Source: Toensbergia leucococca
Taxonomy: Eukaryota
Direction: 5' to 3'
Assembly (NCBI GenBank): GCA_022813965.1
Contig: JALDZS010000050.1
Span: 62,001-126,000, forward strand
Length of the DNA stretch: 64,000 bases
Of the stretch, positions 52,725-64,000 are shown in pieces; the stretch's first letter is position 1; every line of letters begins with the position of its first letter. The notes beneath the pieces were generated by a model. That model saw nothing but the letters and a program-made list of their open reading frames with translations. It was not told the DNA's origin and searched no databases. The translations under genes and the position numbers were made by a program.

Positions 52725-53996
52725 TCAATCCGCAAACTCAATATTGTCCTGCTCATTCTAGCCCTCATGCTCCTTTAAAACCCTCAATACCTCATTCAGA
52801 AGTCGCTGCGGTAGACCCATCACACTCTGCTTGAACCCCTTGGCTCGTAGAATCGCCTCACTAGCCTTCAAGTACACGCCGCAAAAGTCGTCCCACAGCT
52901 CCTTATCAACGTGCGGCCGGGGATAGTAAGGGTCGTTGCCGAGGAAGGCAGGGACAAGTTTCGTGTTGACATCGTGGTCAGTGAACTCGATCCTGTTCGC
53001 CTTGTCGAAATCAAACATCCAGAGGTGTACTCCTCCGCGCTTGAAGTTGATGAGACCTTGTTTGTGCGGTGGTGCAGATTCGTCTTCGTATCCTGTTGGC
53101 AGGGTGCGGTCCCATGTTGCAGAGCTCCCCAGTACAAACTCCACGTCCATACCGTCGACCCGTGCCTGCCAGTGTAATATTGCCAACCCAATCGCCATAT
53201 CGTTGGCCAGCTCCAAGACTTCGAGGTCAAGGTCTTCCATCATGTTCAGCCTCAGAGGGAAGTTTCGCAGCGTATCATAGAGTTCGGACTGCTAGATCCT
53301 GGATTCCCGCTCCCCAAGGTAAATTCGCACGAGGCAATCCTTGTTATCCTGGTCATCTTTCGCTTCCTGCTGAGCTCCATTATCATCATCGAAGTATTTC
53401 TTGATTAAGGCTTCTCTTGTTGCTTGAGGTAATGGAAGAATGCGGTCGACTGCGAAAAGTGGCTGCTTGGTACGGTGGCCTGCAGGGAATCGTTGCAGGT
53501 TACAAATCCAGAAATCTGTGCTGTCGGCGGTGTGGTACTCGTGGCACAGTGAGGTCCTTATGATTGTAGAATCTGGGAAGGTCTCTTGCATCAATCCTTG
53601 CACTTGGTTGACTGCATTGTGGACGCTATTGGTCAGACAGAAATCCTGCCAGATGCCTTGCTCACTTGTGCCTTTCTTGAATGCTATTTCAGTTCCCGGC
53701 ACCTCAAAGACTGATCCGCAGGATCCCAGGCCGATAACTCTTAGGTCTTGACGTTCAGCTGTAGAGTCTGACGCGGCCCGTTGCATTCTCGAGGCGAGAC
53801 TTGACGTAGTGGAGATGACTGATCTTGTTGATAATGTTCTCTTCAAGACCTGGTCCGTGTGCTCTTCAGACCCTTCGAATGAGGTCGTGGCTGCACGTGC
53901 GTGCAATGTTGTAGACTCCAGTGCACGCACTATGCCCTCTGAGAGGGTGGTAGCGTTGCTCTGGCCCGAGGAGTCCCTTCGAATAGCGGAGGACAT
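52725..53996 (-). pseudogene. DUF3669-type protein interrupted by two in-frame TAG codons (53292-53294, 52758-52760)
   Basis: IGLGSCGSVFE, RILPLP, CLVRIYLG, LRNFPL, ILHW.A.VDGMDVEFVLGS, LWMFDFD, NDPYYPRP. The two track ORFs are in frame, and the frame continues past 52758 to TGA at 52725. Confidence 0.75.
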
Positions 53997-55113
53997 CTTT
54001 GCAGTATGGAGAAATGGATGTGAGTGAATATGAGGTGTGGACTAGGGATGTTGCTGCACTTTACTGCTGCCGAGAAAAAAAGACAATTATTGTATTACTA
54101 CTTTCGAGAGAAGAAGGAAGTGGCGACGCTTCTTAAAGGCGCAGAGTCTTGAAGTGAAAAAAAAACTATGAAACTAAAAGAAAAGAATTTCAAAATCATT
54201 ATTGTAATTAAGATTAATCATGGTCTCAAGGTCTACAAAGTGAGTAGGTTGGGCGAAAAGGCAAACCCAATAGAGTCAGATACATTGTTATTAAATCAAG
54301 GCCTTCAATATAGAGAAAGCATAGTTCCGGGAGGCTCGAAGAGGTGTGGGATTTATGGGCAAAGAAGTCTGTTTAAGGCATTTATGCAATCTAGTGAGCT
54401 AGGTAGTCTATCGGGTGGATTCTAGGCAACGAGGCATCACACCAAACTTTTTGCAACATTACTGAAATTCTTCATCAACTCATATCTCACATGACGACTG
54501 GCTACTAATACTTCATTATACTCGTATGAGTAACAATATACTTGCAGCTCACTCGCATCAAGCCTTTTCCAGCACGGGATGAAAAAACAAAAATGAAACC
54601 ATCTGTTCACACCAGCAAACCTTTCTCAAAACAACTCCAGTCGCCTACACCTCCTTCAAAGTAGTGAGATTCAATGATTGTAGTGATTCAAAAAAGTCTT
54701 TCTTATGAATAAATGACTACAATTTTTGTGCTTTGAGAAAGTAAGTCAGCTTTATTCATCCAGAGGGACCATGACTCAAAAGTCATACAAATATTATGAA
54801 TCAATTCATGTGATGGCAGCAAAATTGTTTCGCCATCGATGAAATGTCGCCGGCGTGCTCTAGGTGGATCCGCTGAAAAGGTCACAGGAGAGCGTGACCA
54901 GAAATGCTGTGCCTCAAGATTGAAGAATAATCTCCTGCCTCACTGCGTCACCGAGAAAGGAGTTTGAATCAGTGACAAGCCTGATGAGATGGAGTGGTGC
55001 AAATATTCTCTAGCTATCAAAACATCTCACTGAAAACTTTGGTGTTCAGTATTCAAGACAATAAGAAGAAGCCTAGAGTAGGATAGAACATGAAGTAGGT
55101 AAAGTATGACGTG

Positions 55114-56616
55114 TCAGTACCTCACAAAACACATACGCTCAATCCACCTCGCGAACCTCACAGCAGGGATATCTATGCCTCTCCAAAACAAATCAGCCAC
55201 CCAGAAAACACAAGGCACATAGACCAAACTAGCTAACGCCCATCCACCATTATATGCCCACCAGCCATCCCGTCCTACGATATTCCATACTGCCGATGTG
55301 ATTGCTCGGCCAAACGTGCGGTTCATAAGACCATGTACGAGATACAGCGCGTAAGAGATCTTGCCGAGGTATCGAGCGACGCGGGTGGTGAAGATCTTCT
55401 GGCATATAGGAAGGAAGGATATGGAGGAGACGATCAAGATGGCGGCCTGGGCGTGCCAGAAGCGGCGCTTGTAGCTATATTTGTAAGGCCAGAGGGATGA
55501 GAGGAACATGTAACCGGGAGTCTTGTTTGCGTGGTCTCTTGGATAGCCAGCTAGGTATATGCCGAGCATCAAACAGAAAACAAGAATGCTGACCCTGGCG
55601 ATTGACTTTACCGAGACTTTTCTCCGAGTTCGATCAATTTCGGGTAGGTCATCAACTTCAAAGTCCTGCGTCTTTGCTTTTGATTCATATATGATGTTGA
55701 CCTCTGCGATCATCATCCCTGCACTGAACAACGCAACGTCCCAGCGGACATGGAGAAAGCAATGTAATGTGATACCGGCCTCTAGGATCAATCTGATCAT
55801 TGTTCGGCACCTCGCCAACCCCAAGATCATCAAAAACAATACCATCGAACAGCGATATTCGACCACAATTGTCCACAAATGAGCGTTATAATATCCGTGA
55901 TAATCAATCTTCCACGTCCACACATTGAATAAGAAATCATCCAAATAGTGAATGTACGATGTTGTGTCGGTCAAAAACGTTGCTTGATAATTCGATGTCG
56001 GTGGCTTTAGAAAACCGAAGACAACGAAGAGATAGGCGAGGAAGGAAGACGTAAAGCTAGGTATAAAGAGACGCATCGCTCGCCGGAAGGTTAAAGACGT
56101 GAGTGTTGACACGAGATCTGAGTACGACCGGCTGCGTATAAGCGTTAGACATCTGTGAGATAGCACATATCCCGAGACGACGAAGAAAACAGAAACCATT
56201 GCGGCACCGCCGAAGAATATTCGAATGATTGGAAGTTGCAGAAGACTCCAATTGTCGCCCTGACCATATCCATTATTCACCACCTCGGGGTGTACTTCCG
56301 ACGTGTAGTGAAAGATAAAAACGACGAGCGAGGCTACTCCTCGAATACCATTTAGATAGTCTGTTGACCGTTTCGCAGCCAGCTTTTTCTTCTCACTAAA
56401 TGTTGAGTCGTTGGGTTGGAAATGACAGTGAATGAAGCTGGGAAGCAGCAAGATGGCGAGGTGGCCTATCGTGGCGAGGACATGATGGCTAGTGTCGTAC
56501 CTCCGTTTTGGTAGTTGAGCAGCGGATGGAAGAAGAAAAGTAGCGGTTTCTTCATCTGCTGGAGACGTGGCTACTTGGAGCAAGCGGTAGGTGGACAGGT
56601 CGTTCAAATCTGCCAT
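55114..56616 (-). CDS. Acyltransferase-3 family membrane O-acyltransferase
   Basis: YLNGIRGVASLVVFIFH, VFFVVSGYVLS, RRAMRL, HLWTIVVEYRCSM, YLGKISYALYLVHG. Confidence 0.92.
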   Translation of the reverse strand: MADLNDLSTYRLLQVATSPADEETATFLLPSAAQLPKRRYDTSHHVLATIGHLAILLLPSFIHCHFQPNDSTFSEKKKLAAKRSTDYLNGIRGVASLVVFIFHYTSEVHPEVVNNGYGQGDNWSLLQLPIIRIFFGGAAMVSVFFVVSGYVLSHRCLTLIRSRSYSDLVSTLTSLTFRRAMRLFIPSFTSSFLAYLFVVFGFLKPPTSNYQATFLTDTTSYIHYLDDFLFNVWTWKIDYHGYYNAHLWTIVVEYRCSMVLFLMILGLARCRTMIRLILEAGITLHCFLHVRWDVALFSAGMMIAEVNIIYESKAKTQDFEVDDLPEIDRTRRKVSVKSIARVSILVFCLMLGIYLAGYPRDHANKTPGYMFLSSLWPYKYSYKRRFWHAQAAILIVSSISFLPICQKIFTTRVARYLGKISYALYLVHGLMNRTFGRAITSAVWNIVGRDGWWAYNGGWALASLVYVPCVFWVADLFWRGIDIPAVRFARWIERMCFVRY

Positions 56617-57737
56617 TGTCGACCAGCCTAGACTTAGTGAAAAGCTCTATGAACTTCTTCATTTGTCAGATGGAGCTTTTCCAACCAGAGGATCCGACAC
56701 TGGTAGCGAGTGCTTCGTGGAATGGTATTACCCATTCTCGAGACTGATTTCATCTTCTCCTTATCTGTATATCTTTGCAATCCTACAGAACACGTCCGAG
56801 ACTAGTTTCATGGGTTGATTTAGTGCCTCGAGACTCCGTATGAGGCGAGTGACTTGTTTGCGTGGTACGGAGCATTATGCAGGAAGACGCAAGTTCGGTA
56901 CTCCGTAGCTTGCAGCCGACCCCGGAGCCCATGATCATGGAAGCACGGCGACAGTACTTACGAGTCGTCCGTTGATGCAGAATGAAAGGTCACTTCAGCG
57001 GTAAGGACTCCTAACTCGGAAGCTCCGATCGGCGACGATAACAGTTCATCAGGGAAATGACGTTCGGCTTTTTGAAAGGTAGCATTCCTTGACCAAGCCC
57101 GGAGCAAGCGCCTCATATTCGAGACTTACTCCGATCCTGAACAAGGACCCTGAACAAGGACTGTAGTGAAAATAGAAGTCGTAGTAGGGGGTGTTGTGTG
57201 ATGCTGGGCCAATGAATGGTAGGAGAGCATGACGGATTACATAATCGTCTGCTTTTAGCCTTTCGGTACGGATAACGTCGATCCACGAAAGCTTGTTTTC
57301 GTTACCCCCAACGTTAGGCAAGCCTAAGAATCGATTTGGCAAGAGGTCGCGTGCCTCGTCATTGCAGCAGATTGCGGCCAGCGACGTCGTTGGCTCGCCC
57401 ATCATGCCTGTACTGACCTCAAACAATCCATCGGGGGATACTAGGAGGTTTCAGTAGGTTCCATTGGATGACTTCAACGGCTCTCCGTCTTTCGCCTCCT
57501 CATCGGCCAAGCTCACCTGTTGGGGAGATAGGTCGTGTGCTCACCTACCATGAGACGGTGTAGTGTGCTCACTTGCTATGGAGAGCCATCACGTGTCTCA
57601 CCTACCAAGCTTTGATAGAAGACTTGAAAGGTCGGCTCATGCTGTCTCACTGCGCCTCAATCCTGGAGGAGTATCACTTGGCATATAAACAGCACTCGGT
57701 CAATACCTAAAGACAAATCATTCCTTCCAAGCCTCAA

Positions 57738-59861
57738 ATGGCATTGCAGCGAGTCTTTCCCTCTTTGTTGAGGCAAGCATTTATTGCTCTCACTTTTGCC
57801 GGAATCTTCCTCACCATTTGGATAACCTCTCGGCATCTCTTGCTTCGTGGCAACGCAGCAGAATGGGCTTCGGCCTTGAAACAGATTGAAGAGGTTGCCG
57901 CCTCGACCAAACGCGCTCCGGGGCTGATGTACTGGTCAGCCACCGAGGAGAACGGCAACGATAATCAGATCACTGGAATATCCGAGACAATGTCCTATAG
58001 CGAGGGTATGCCTGAGATCTTCCCTAACAAAGAAGATCTCAATCTTTATGATGAGATTACAGAGCCTTTGCCAGACGTCATCCACATACCTTTCGAAGAG
58101 GCCGTCGCAGACATAGAGCTCCGGGGCTGGGAAGACGAATGGCTGGCTGAGGCTCATTTCGACGTGGAAAAATGGGGTGGACTCGATGAACCCAAAATTG
58201 ACTTTGTTTATAATTGTGCGTTCCGTGTTGATTGTTTACCCGGCTCGGACGAAGTGCTAATCCTGGCAGGGGTGAATGGATCAGACGAGGCCTTCAGAAG
58301 TACAAAGTATGAGTACGAGCTTAAGTCGACACTCAACGATCCGCAGGGCGAGTGGCTCAGGGTTCACAGCGTCAATCGGTACCGAGACTGGGATGAACTT
58401 CGCTATTCATTCAGGAGTATAGAAAAATATGCCAGCACATTCTTGAACAAAATCCAGATACTAGTCAATACCGTCAGGGAAACGACTCCGGTCGAAGACT
58501 CGGCGCTCAAAAGTCGACGACAGAAACCAGATTGGCTGAACGATGATCGGAATACCAAGGAAGTTGTCCAGGTGCTGGCGCAAGAAGATTTCTTTGGTGA
58601 GGAGGCGCAGCGTTGCTTACCGACATTTAATTCCATGACGATCGAGAATCAGATACATAACACCCAGTCAGATGTCGATAATGTATGTCCGAAGCTCCTA
58701 TAGGAAGTCAATGCTAATTCGCAATAGCTGTTTGCTCTTTCTGACGATATGCTTCTCGGATCAATTCACGCTGCTTCGGACATCTATTCTCCCCTATTTG
58801 GACCAACGATGGGATTTAAAACAGACTGGTACAACGTGCAGGACCGTCCGGACAGCAACGCTGGTGAAGGATTTGGAGAAAAGCCTTATTTGCTATACAC
58901 CTCGTGGCTCCTGAATCGACGCTTCGGCCAACGTAAGCGCAAATGTCAAGTCCATTTTGGCCATTCGCTCTCTCGCCGGGTGACTCGTGAGGCGATGGAC
59001 ACATTTCCTGGGCCTTCTGCTGAGAGCGCTTGCAATCGTTTTCGAGGGGAACTAGGCTTCCACCACCTGTATACATGGTTCGCGACGTTCCACTACACTA
59101 TTGAGCGCCACCGCGAGGCTCTCCTTTGGAGTTATATCATGTTGCGAAGTGATAGTGATGATAACGGTGACCTTAGCTGGGAAGAGCGTCAAAGAATTAC
59201 AGCAGATATTGAGGAAGGAAAAGCCAACGAGCAGGCAGCCCCATTCACATTTCGAGAAAGGTTGTTCTTCCAGGTCCCAAAACTCTTATCCAAGGTAGGA
59301 TTGGAGCCACCCAAGGCGAACATCAATGTTCTCTGGACGTCACTGGATGGCCCGGCCACCATTCAGGATCTCAAGTGCTTGGACTTTGATATTGACGAAT
59401 GCCTCGCCGACGGCTTTTCCTCGCCATCCTCGGACAAGCAATACAAGAACCCAAACTTCTCTGCGGCCACCGTCTTTGATAGACTCGCTCGCAAAGACAC
59501 ACGTTGCGGAGACTGTTTGATCAAACTTGTTCTCAGCAAGGTCCGGAAAGGTCTATCTCCCATGCTCCCGCACGCACATTCACAATCGGCAAAACGAGCC
59601 ATGGTCATCAAAGCGCTTGTGAAATATCAATACACCATCATCGACCCGGACGCGGCCTTTTTCATGGTCAAGGATGCTGAGCAGGCTCAAAATGTTTTGC
59701 TTGATCGATTCCTGTACCGGTCGAAGCAGGTGGGCCAGATCTGCCTGAATGATGATGTCATGACCGAGGAGGCGGACGTTATTCATGATGTGAAGGAGAT
59801 CATGTCAAAGGTGTACCTGGAATTGTTTCCGGACAAGAGCTTGTTTGAGATAGCGGATTGA
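57738..59861 (+). CDS. Stealth-family sugar-phosphotransferase (Xpt1-like), type II membrane protein, 3 exons
   Basis: N-terminal transmembrane anchor; IDFVYN|WVNGSD, RYRDWDELRYSFRSIEKY, LPTFNSMTIE, LSDDM, C-terminal ICLNDD and FPDKSLFE. Confidence 0.9.
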
Positions 59862-61752
59862 ATTGATAGACACGTTCAAGAGGGGTAACGAATTTATGTT
59901 TAGTCTTCATAATTGACTCATGTCTCGCGAATAGAGGACACATATGTCAAGCACATGAATCATGCTCTACTGTCATTGTACAGTTGTTGGCATAGATGAG
60001 GAGTTCGTCTTGAAAAAGGAAGAAAGAGGCCGCTAAACCGCTTGAAGCCAGAACAGATGACGTAACGTAGCTTCAACGTCGGCCATGTTTTGAGGAGTAG
60101 AACAACGTCTTTCATTTTGTTTTCAATTTTATTTCAGAAATCAACACCTGCAAAGAAATGGCAAAGCTGACATCTCCTTTTGTACACTCTCAATGTCCTG
60201 TTTTTCCTTTATCTGTATGTCACGTCTCCTTGATTGAATTCCCAGATAAGATATCATCAACTTTCTGTCAAAGGCTTCATGTGAAAGTCTGTCTTTGTTT
60301 GACAAATTTGCTACGATGAAATTCAAGCACAGTGTCATCAGAAGTTGACAAGTCAGACTTTGATGTCTCGGTGTCTCCTGACTCTCAAAGAAACATTGAA
60401 GCCCTTAAATTGAGGATATGAATCTCTCTGCCCGCACCACCCGCCCACTTTCTCACAAGTTCATCCCAAAACCCGCTATTCCGAACCAACCCCCAAAACA
60501 AAGCTCATACTTCCCTTGATTCAGACACATTGATTCCTGGTGAAGATCGCAACTAGCCGTATCAAACTCTTGATGAAGAGGTCGCTCTTAGATACGTTGA
60601 TTCCCATCCAGACTGGGCGTCCTAGCCCTTACTGGAAAGTAGGATAGCCAAGTGCCCCCCCACCGCTCGTGAATTCTGACTTTTACTTCGTTTTGGGGGC
60701 AGATTGTGTGATATTTCTTTGGCGATGGAGCGCATAGCCGCGAGTTGCTTTGCTTATTTATCTACGCTTGATTGCATGAGAGGTGTTGCATAGTAGATGG
60801 TGATGCTGAGGATTTGAGATTTCAGTTGTTTTCGACGAAGTGGCAACTTTCATTCGTTGCCTCAATAACAAATTTGATAGACCCTATCTAACTCTCTTCT
60901 CCTTACGTTAAGCTGCCTCGGTGTGAAATATTATCGACATTTCGATGGATAATTGTGATCTTGTGGACTTTGTATCATTGATGGTTCAAACCAAGCGCCT
61001 ACCCGTATCAAACGAGCTACAGCGTGCCGCCGGACACATCATCGCAGAGACGAAACCTCTAAATATATCCATCCAGGCTAATTGCTCACTAAAAAAGAAA
61101 GAGACAACGCCGCCACCTTAGCCATAGACAAATCCATCGTACACTCTAGGTACATCCATTACGCCAAGTACCTTATCCTCCCCTTCGTAGCCTTAGGTAA
61201 GTACCGTCGATGTCATGCATGAGAAAAGCCTGGGTGTAAGAGGTGCGTTTGACATGAATGCCAGTAGTGTGTCTACGAACGAATTAGCCTGGACAAAATA
61301 GACAAGACTGTAGCGAGGGTATGAGGGGAGAGCCCGAGGGCGGAGGGTGGTCCAAAAATTTGATCCTACCCGAAGGTAGAGAGGGTCTCCATAAGTTATG
61401 GGCTGAGGTTTATCAAGCCAAAGACGAAAAGTCTACCAGAAGGTAGAGAGTCCATCAAAGGAAATACAGACAGAAGATTCACCCGAAGGTAAAAGTTCCA
61501 TCAAAAAAAAGAATAAAAAAGAATTCCATCCGAAGGCAGAGGTGGTCCAAAAATTCCGTCAAGGTAATCAAGCACCCCGTCATCCAACACAGGTGCCGAT
61601 TCCCCAACAAGGTGAGCGCGAAGCCGGTTAAGGCGATCGCTGAAGCCCAAGATCTCCAAGGTCGATCAAGAGTTGAACTCCGTCCGCTAGGAAGTACCAA
61701 CGATGGAGATCTTTACCCCCAGAGCCCACAGTGTCTTACCCGGGTTTGTTTC

Positions 61753-62030
61753 TCATGATTTCGCAAGTAAGATCTCGCAAGGAGCTTCGCTTATCGGGGA
61801 AGTGTCATGAGAAACGCCCCCGAGTAGGAGAGAAGTGGTCGATCCTAAGGCAAGCCAAAGGAAAGAACCAACAGTTCCAAAAATTAAGCCAAGTACTCAG
61901 GAGCGTCTGTCATGATTTCGCAAGTAAGATCTCGCAAGGAGCTTCGCTTATCGGGGAAGTGTCATGAAAGAAACTCCTGAGTAGGAGGAGGAAGGTGGTC
62001 GAACCTGAGGCGAACCAAAGGAACGAACCA
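61753..62030. repeat. 157-bp-period direct repeat with a perfect 58-bp core
   Basis: 61753-61810 is identical to 61910-61967, followed by diverged GAGTAGGAG...GTGGTCGA..CCTRAGGC...CCAAAGGAA tails. Confidence 0.9.
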
Positions 62031-62328
62031 CGGAGCCAAAGATTTCACCAACTACCTGGGTACGAAGAAAAGTCGCTGCTTTGGTTGATCGAGGCTTTTA
62101 CCTTACGGAAAGAACCTCGATCAAGCCAAATATAGAATCCCACCAGAAAGAGGTGGAACTCCAACCCTAGGAAAGTCCAAGCTGTGCTTGGAGGTGTTGA
62201 AAGAAGAAGAAAAAGAAAGGAAGGAAGAGGAAGGAAGACGACATTTTATGTTGTGGCTGGGGGCGCTAAGATTCACAACAACACTCATTCACTGAAAGTA
62301 CCTACGTGTTGTACTAGCACGGCTGACA

Positions 62329-62440
62329 GAACACGAAAAGGAGAACACGAAAAGGAGAACACGAAAAGGAGAACACGAAAAGGAGAACACGAAAAGGAGA
62401 ACACGAAAAGGAGAACACGAAAAGGAAAACACGAAAAGGT
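62329..62440. repeat. 14-bp minisatellite GAACACGAAAAGGA, 7 perfect copies plus 1 variant
   Basis: Directly visible tandem copies. Confidence 0.97.
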
Positions 62441-63253
62441 TGGCCTTGAAGTAAGTTATTGCAGGATACGTGACGGCTGTCTTTGCCGATACCAAGATTG
62501 AAGATATCGAAGATATTGAACATTTTAGGTCGATTGGTGATGATCAACAGCCTAAAGCCTACGCGAAGACAGGAATTACGCAATGTAGGAAGAATAGACA
62601 TGGCCATCACCAGTCTCAGGCAGAATGTCGAGAAGTCACTCAGCCTCCAGCTACGTGCATTGAATTTGAGTCATATATCGTTGATGCTTGCAATGAAAAG
62701 CGAGAGGTGACAAAAAAAGGAAGGGATCGCTCCGTACAGGTTTGTAGATGGGATTGCTGGGCACCTTACGGATCAGACTCGATATACATCATGTACATAG
62801 TTCCTAGTACTAGCAGGCATGTCATTTGTATGGCTTCAAGGTTGGGCTCAAATGTGTTCTATGAGAGTTGTCAGGAAGGACGGAAGCTCGGAAGGTCGTC
62901 GTCGGTCTTACTTCGGACGGAACAACTATTATCCGGGTGATACCATCACCTCCGTTAGCCCCGCGAGCCTCGCTCCAGAACAGCTTGTGTTCTTTTCCTC
63001 AGTCAGGCAAGTTCCCGTATCTCACTTGGAAAAATTGTACGTGAGGCCCGGCCAGATGCAAATCACCCCGCCTGATATCAGTAAGAACGTGTGCGACTGT
63101 TGATCCATATTAGAGTTAATGTCGTTGACATAAACCTCCGCCACGGGCTGTACCTGCTCTTCGCTATCAGAATCCTTCAAAGCACCCCATCACGTGCGTA
63201 GTAAATAGGAATGTCAATAACAACTCTTTGAATCTCCTAATATCTCGGCTGCC

Positions 63254-64000
63254 ATGGATGGAGTCTCCTCGGCCGCCAGCGTCATCGCTATCGCCACTGT
63301 TGCAGTCCAGCTAGCTGACGGTATGAAGAAACTTTGCGAATTCTGGAGCTCCATCAAGGAGGCACCAGACGATATCCACTCTATCGCTACGGGACTTGGT
63401 ATGCTTTCAGCTAGCCTAACGGAAATCGCCCATGAGGCAGAGCTTCAACAGCCTGACCCTACATTGACAAGGGTGTTGAAGGAATGCAGCGTTGAGGTCA
63501 ATCTACTTACAAGTATAGTGGATGATTTTGAGCCTGGTTTTGCTTCCTCAAGCTCTCGTGTTCGACGATGGACCGCCCTCAAGGCTGTTTTTAAGACTGA
63601 GAAACTCAAGAAATTCAGAGACTTCTTAGATAGCACGAAGACCACCTTGTTGCTGATACAGGGCAACCATTCCCGGTAAGATACGTCTATTTTAAGATTG
63701 CTCCTGCTATATATTTGTGTTGTACAACGTGCTTTCTGCTGCTCCTCTCTTCTTCGTCCGTGTCTACTGCTCAGGATGCATTCATGATCATTGAACTTTC
63801 TCTGTGACACAGATATCCTTGATTCGTCATGGCATAGCGTTATCCCTTCCTTAATTCTCGATCTTTACCAAAGACATTTCTCGTCGGAGTTCACCTTTTG
63901 GCGTCAAATTCTCCATATTCAAAGTAGTGACATGTTATACAGCCGCCTGAGTCGTACTCAATATGAAAATCATCAAAGAAGCTTAGCCACCATCACGCAA
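63254..64000 (+). CDS. 5' part of a gene with a fungal STAND/NLR-type N-terminal (SesA/HeLo-like) domain; probably runs off the window
   Basis: MDGVSSAASVIAIATVAVQL...CEFWSSIKEAP...L..C...RRWTALKAVFKTEKLKKFRDFLDSTKTTLLL, then a GTAAGA donor near 63676. Confidence 0.75.

Noticed and set aside
52410..54405. TIR element around the DUF3669-type pseudogene
   Set aside because: The short inverted matches (AGATTGCA, ACCTAGCT) are in the wrong relative order and no TSD was found.
62249..62280. Collapsed LTR (TGTTGTG...CACAACA, like element B termini)
   Set aside because: Only 32 bp with no TSD; could be a chance inverted repeat.

Overview
Genomic DNA of an intron-rich filamentous ascomycete (Pezizomycotina; GT-AG introns with CTRAC branch points and repeat-directed C-to-T hypermutation). 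Housekeeping genes: gdhA (with a GC-AG intron), TatD, ATX1, SIW14-like, ARO2, AIM22, CIA1. Accessory genes: secreted FAD oxidoreductase, Pth11-like membrane protein, Clr5-TPR protein, secreted Cys-rich protein, phenol hydroxylase-like enzyme, MFS transporter, a divergent acyltransferase-3/Stealth pair, and the N-terminus of an NLR-like gene. Mobile DNA: an internally deleted pogo-type DNA transposon (4154-4804) and a hypermutated Ty1/Copia element (27290-36961) carrying a nested LTR element and three solo LTRs, each with a 5-bp TSD. The most unusual locus is 11.8-15.2 kb on the minus strand. It holds a 283-aa orphan gene whose first three coding exons all end in RQQ-G| and whose C-terminus carries SILK- and RVxF-type PP1-docking motifs. 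A GTAAGT donor abuts its stop codon, and downstream lies a non-coding tandem array of 13-14 units of about 145 bp. The best-conserved parts of the units are a 5' splice site and a CTGAC branch point at near-constant spacing, and the distal units lack a canonical proximal 3' splice site. Three accessory ORFs are broken by in-frame TAG codons (four in total). All calls were made by eye; no searches were run.
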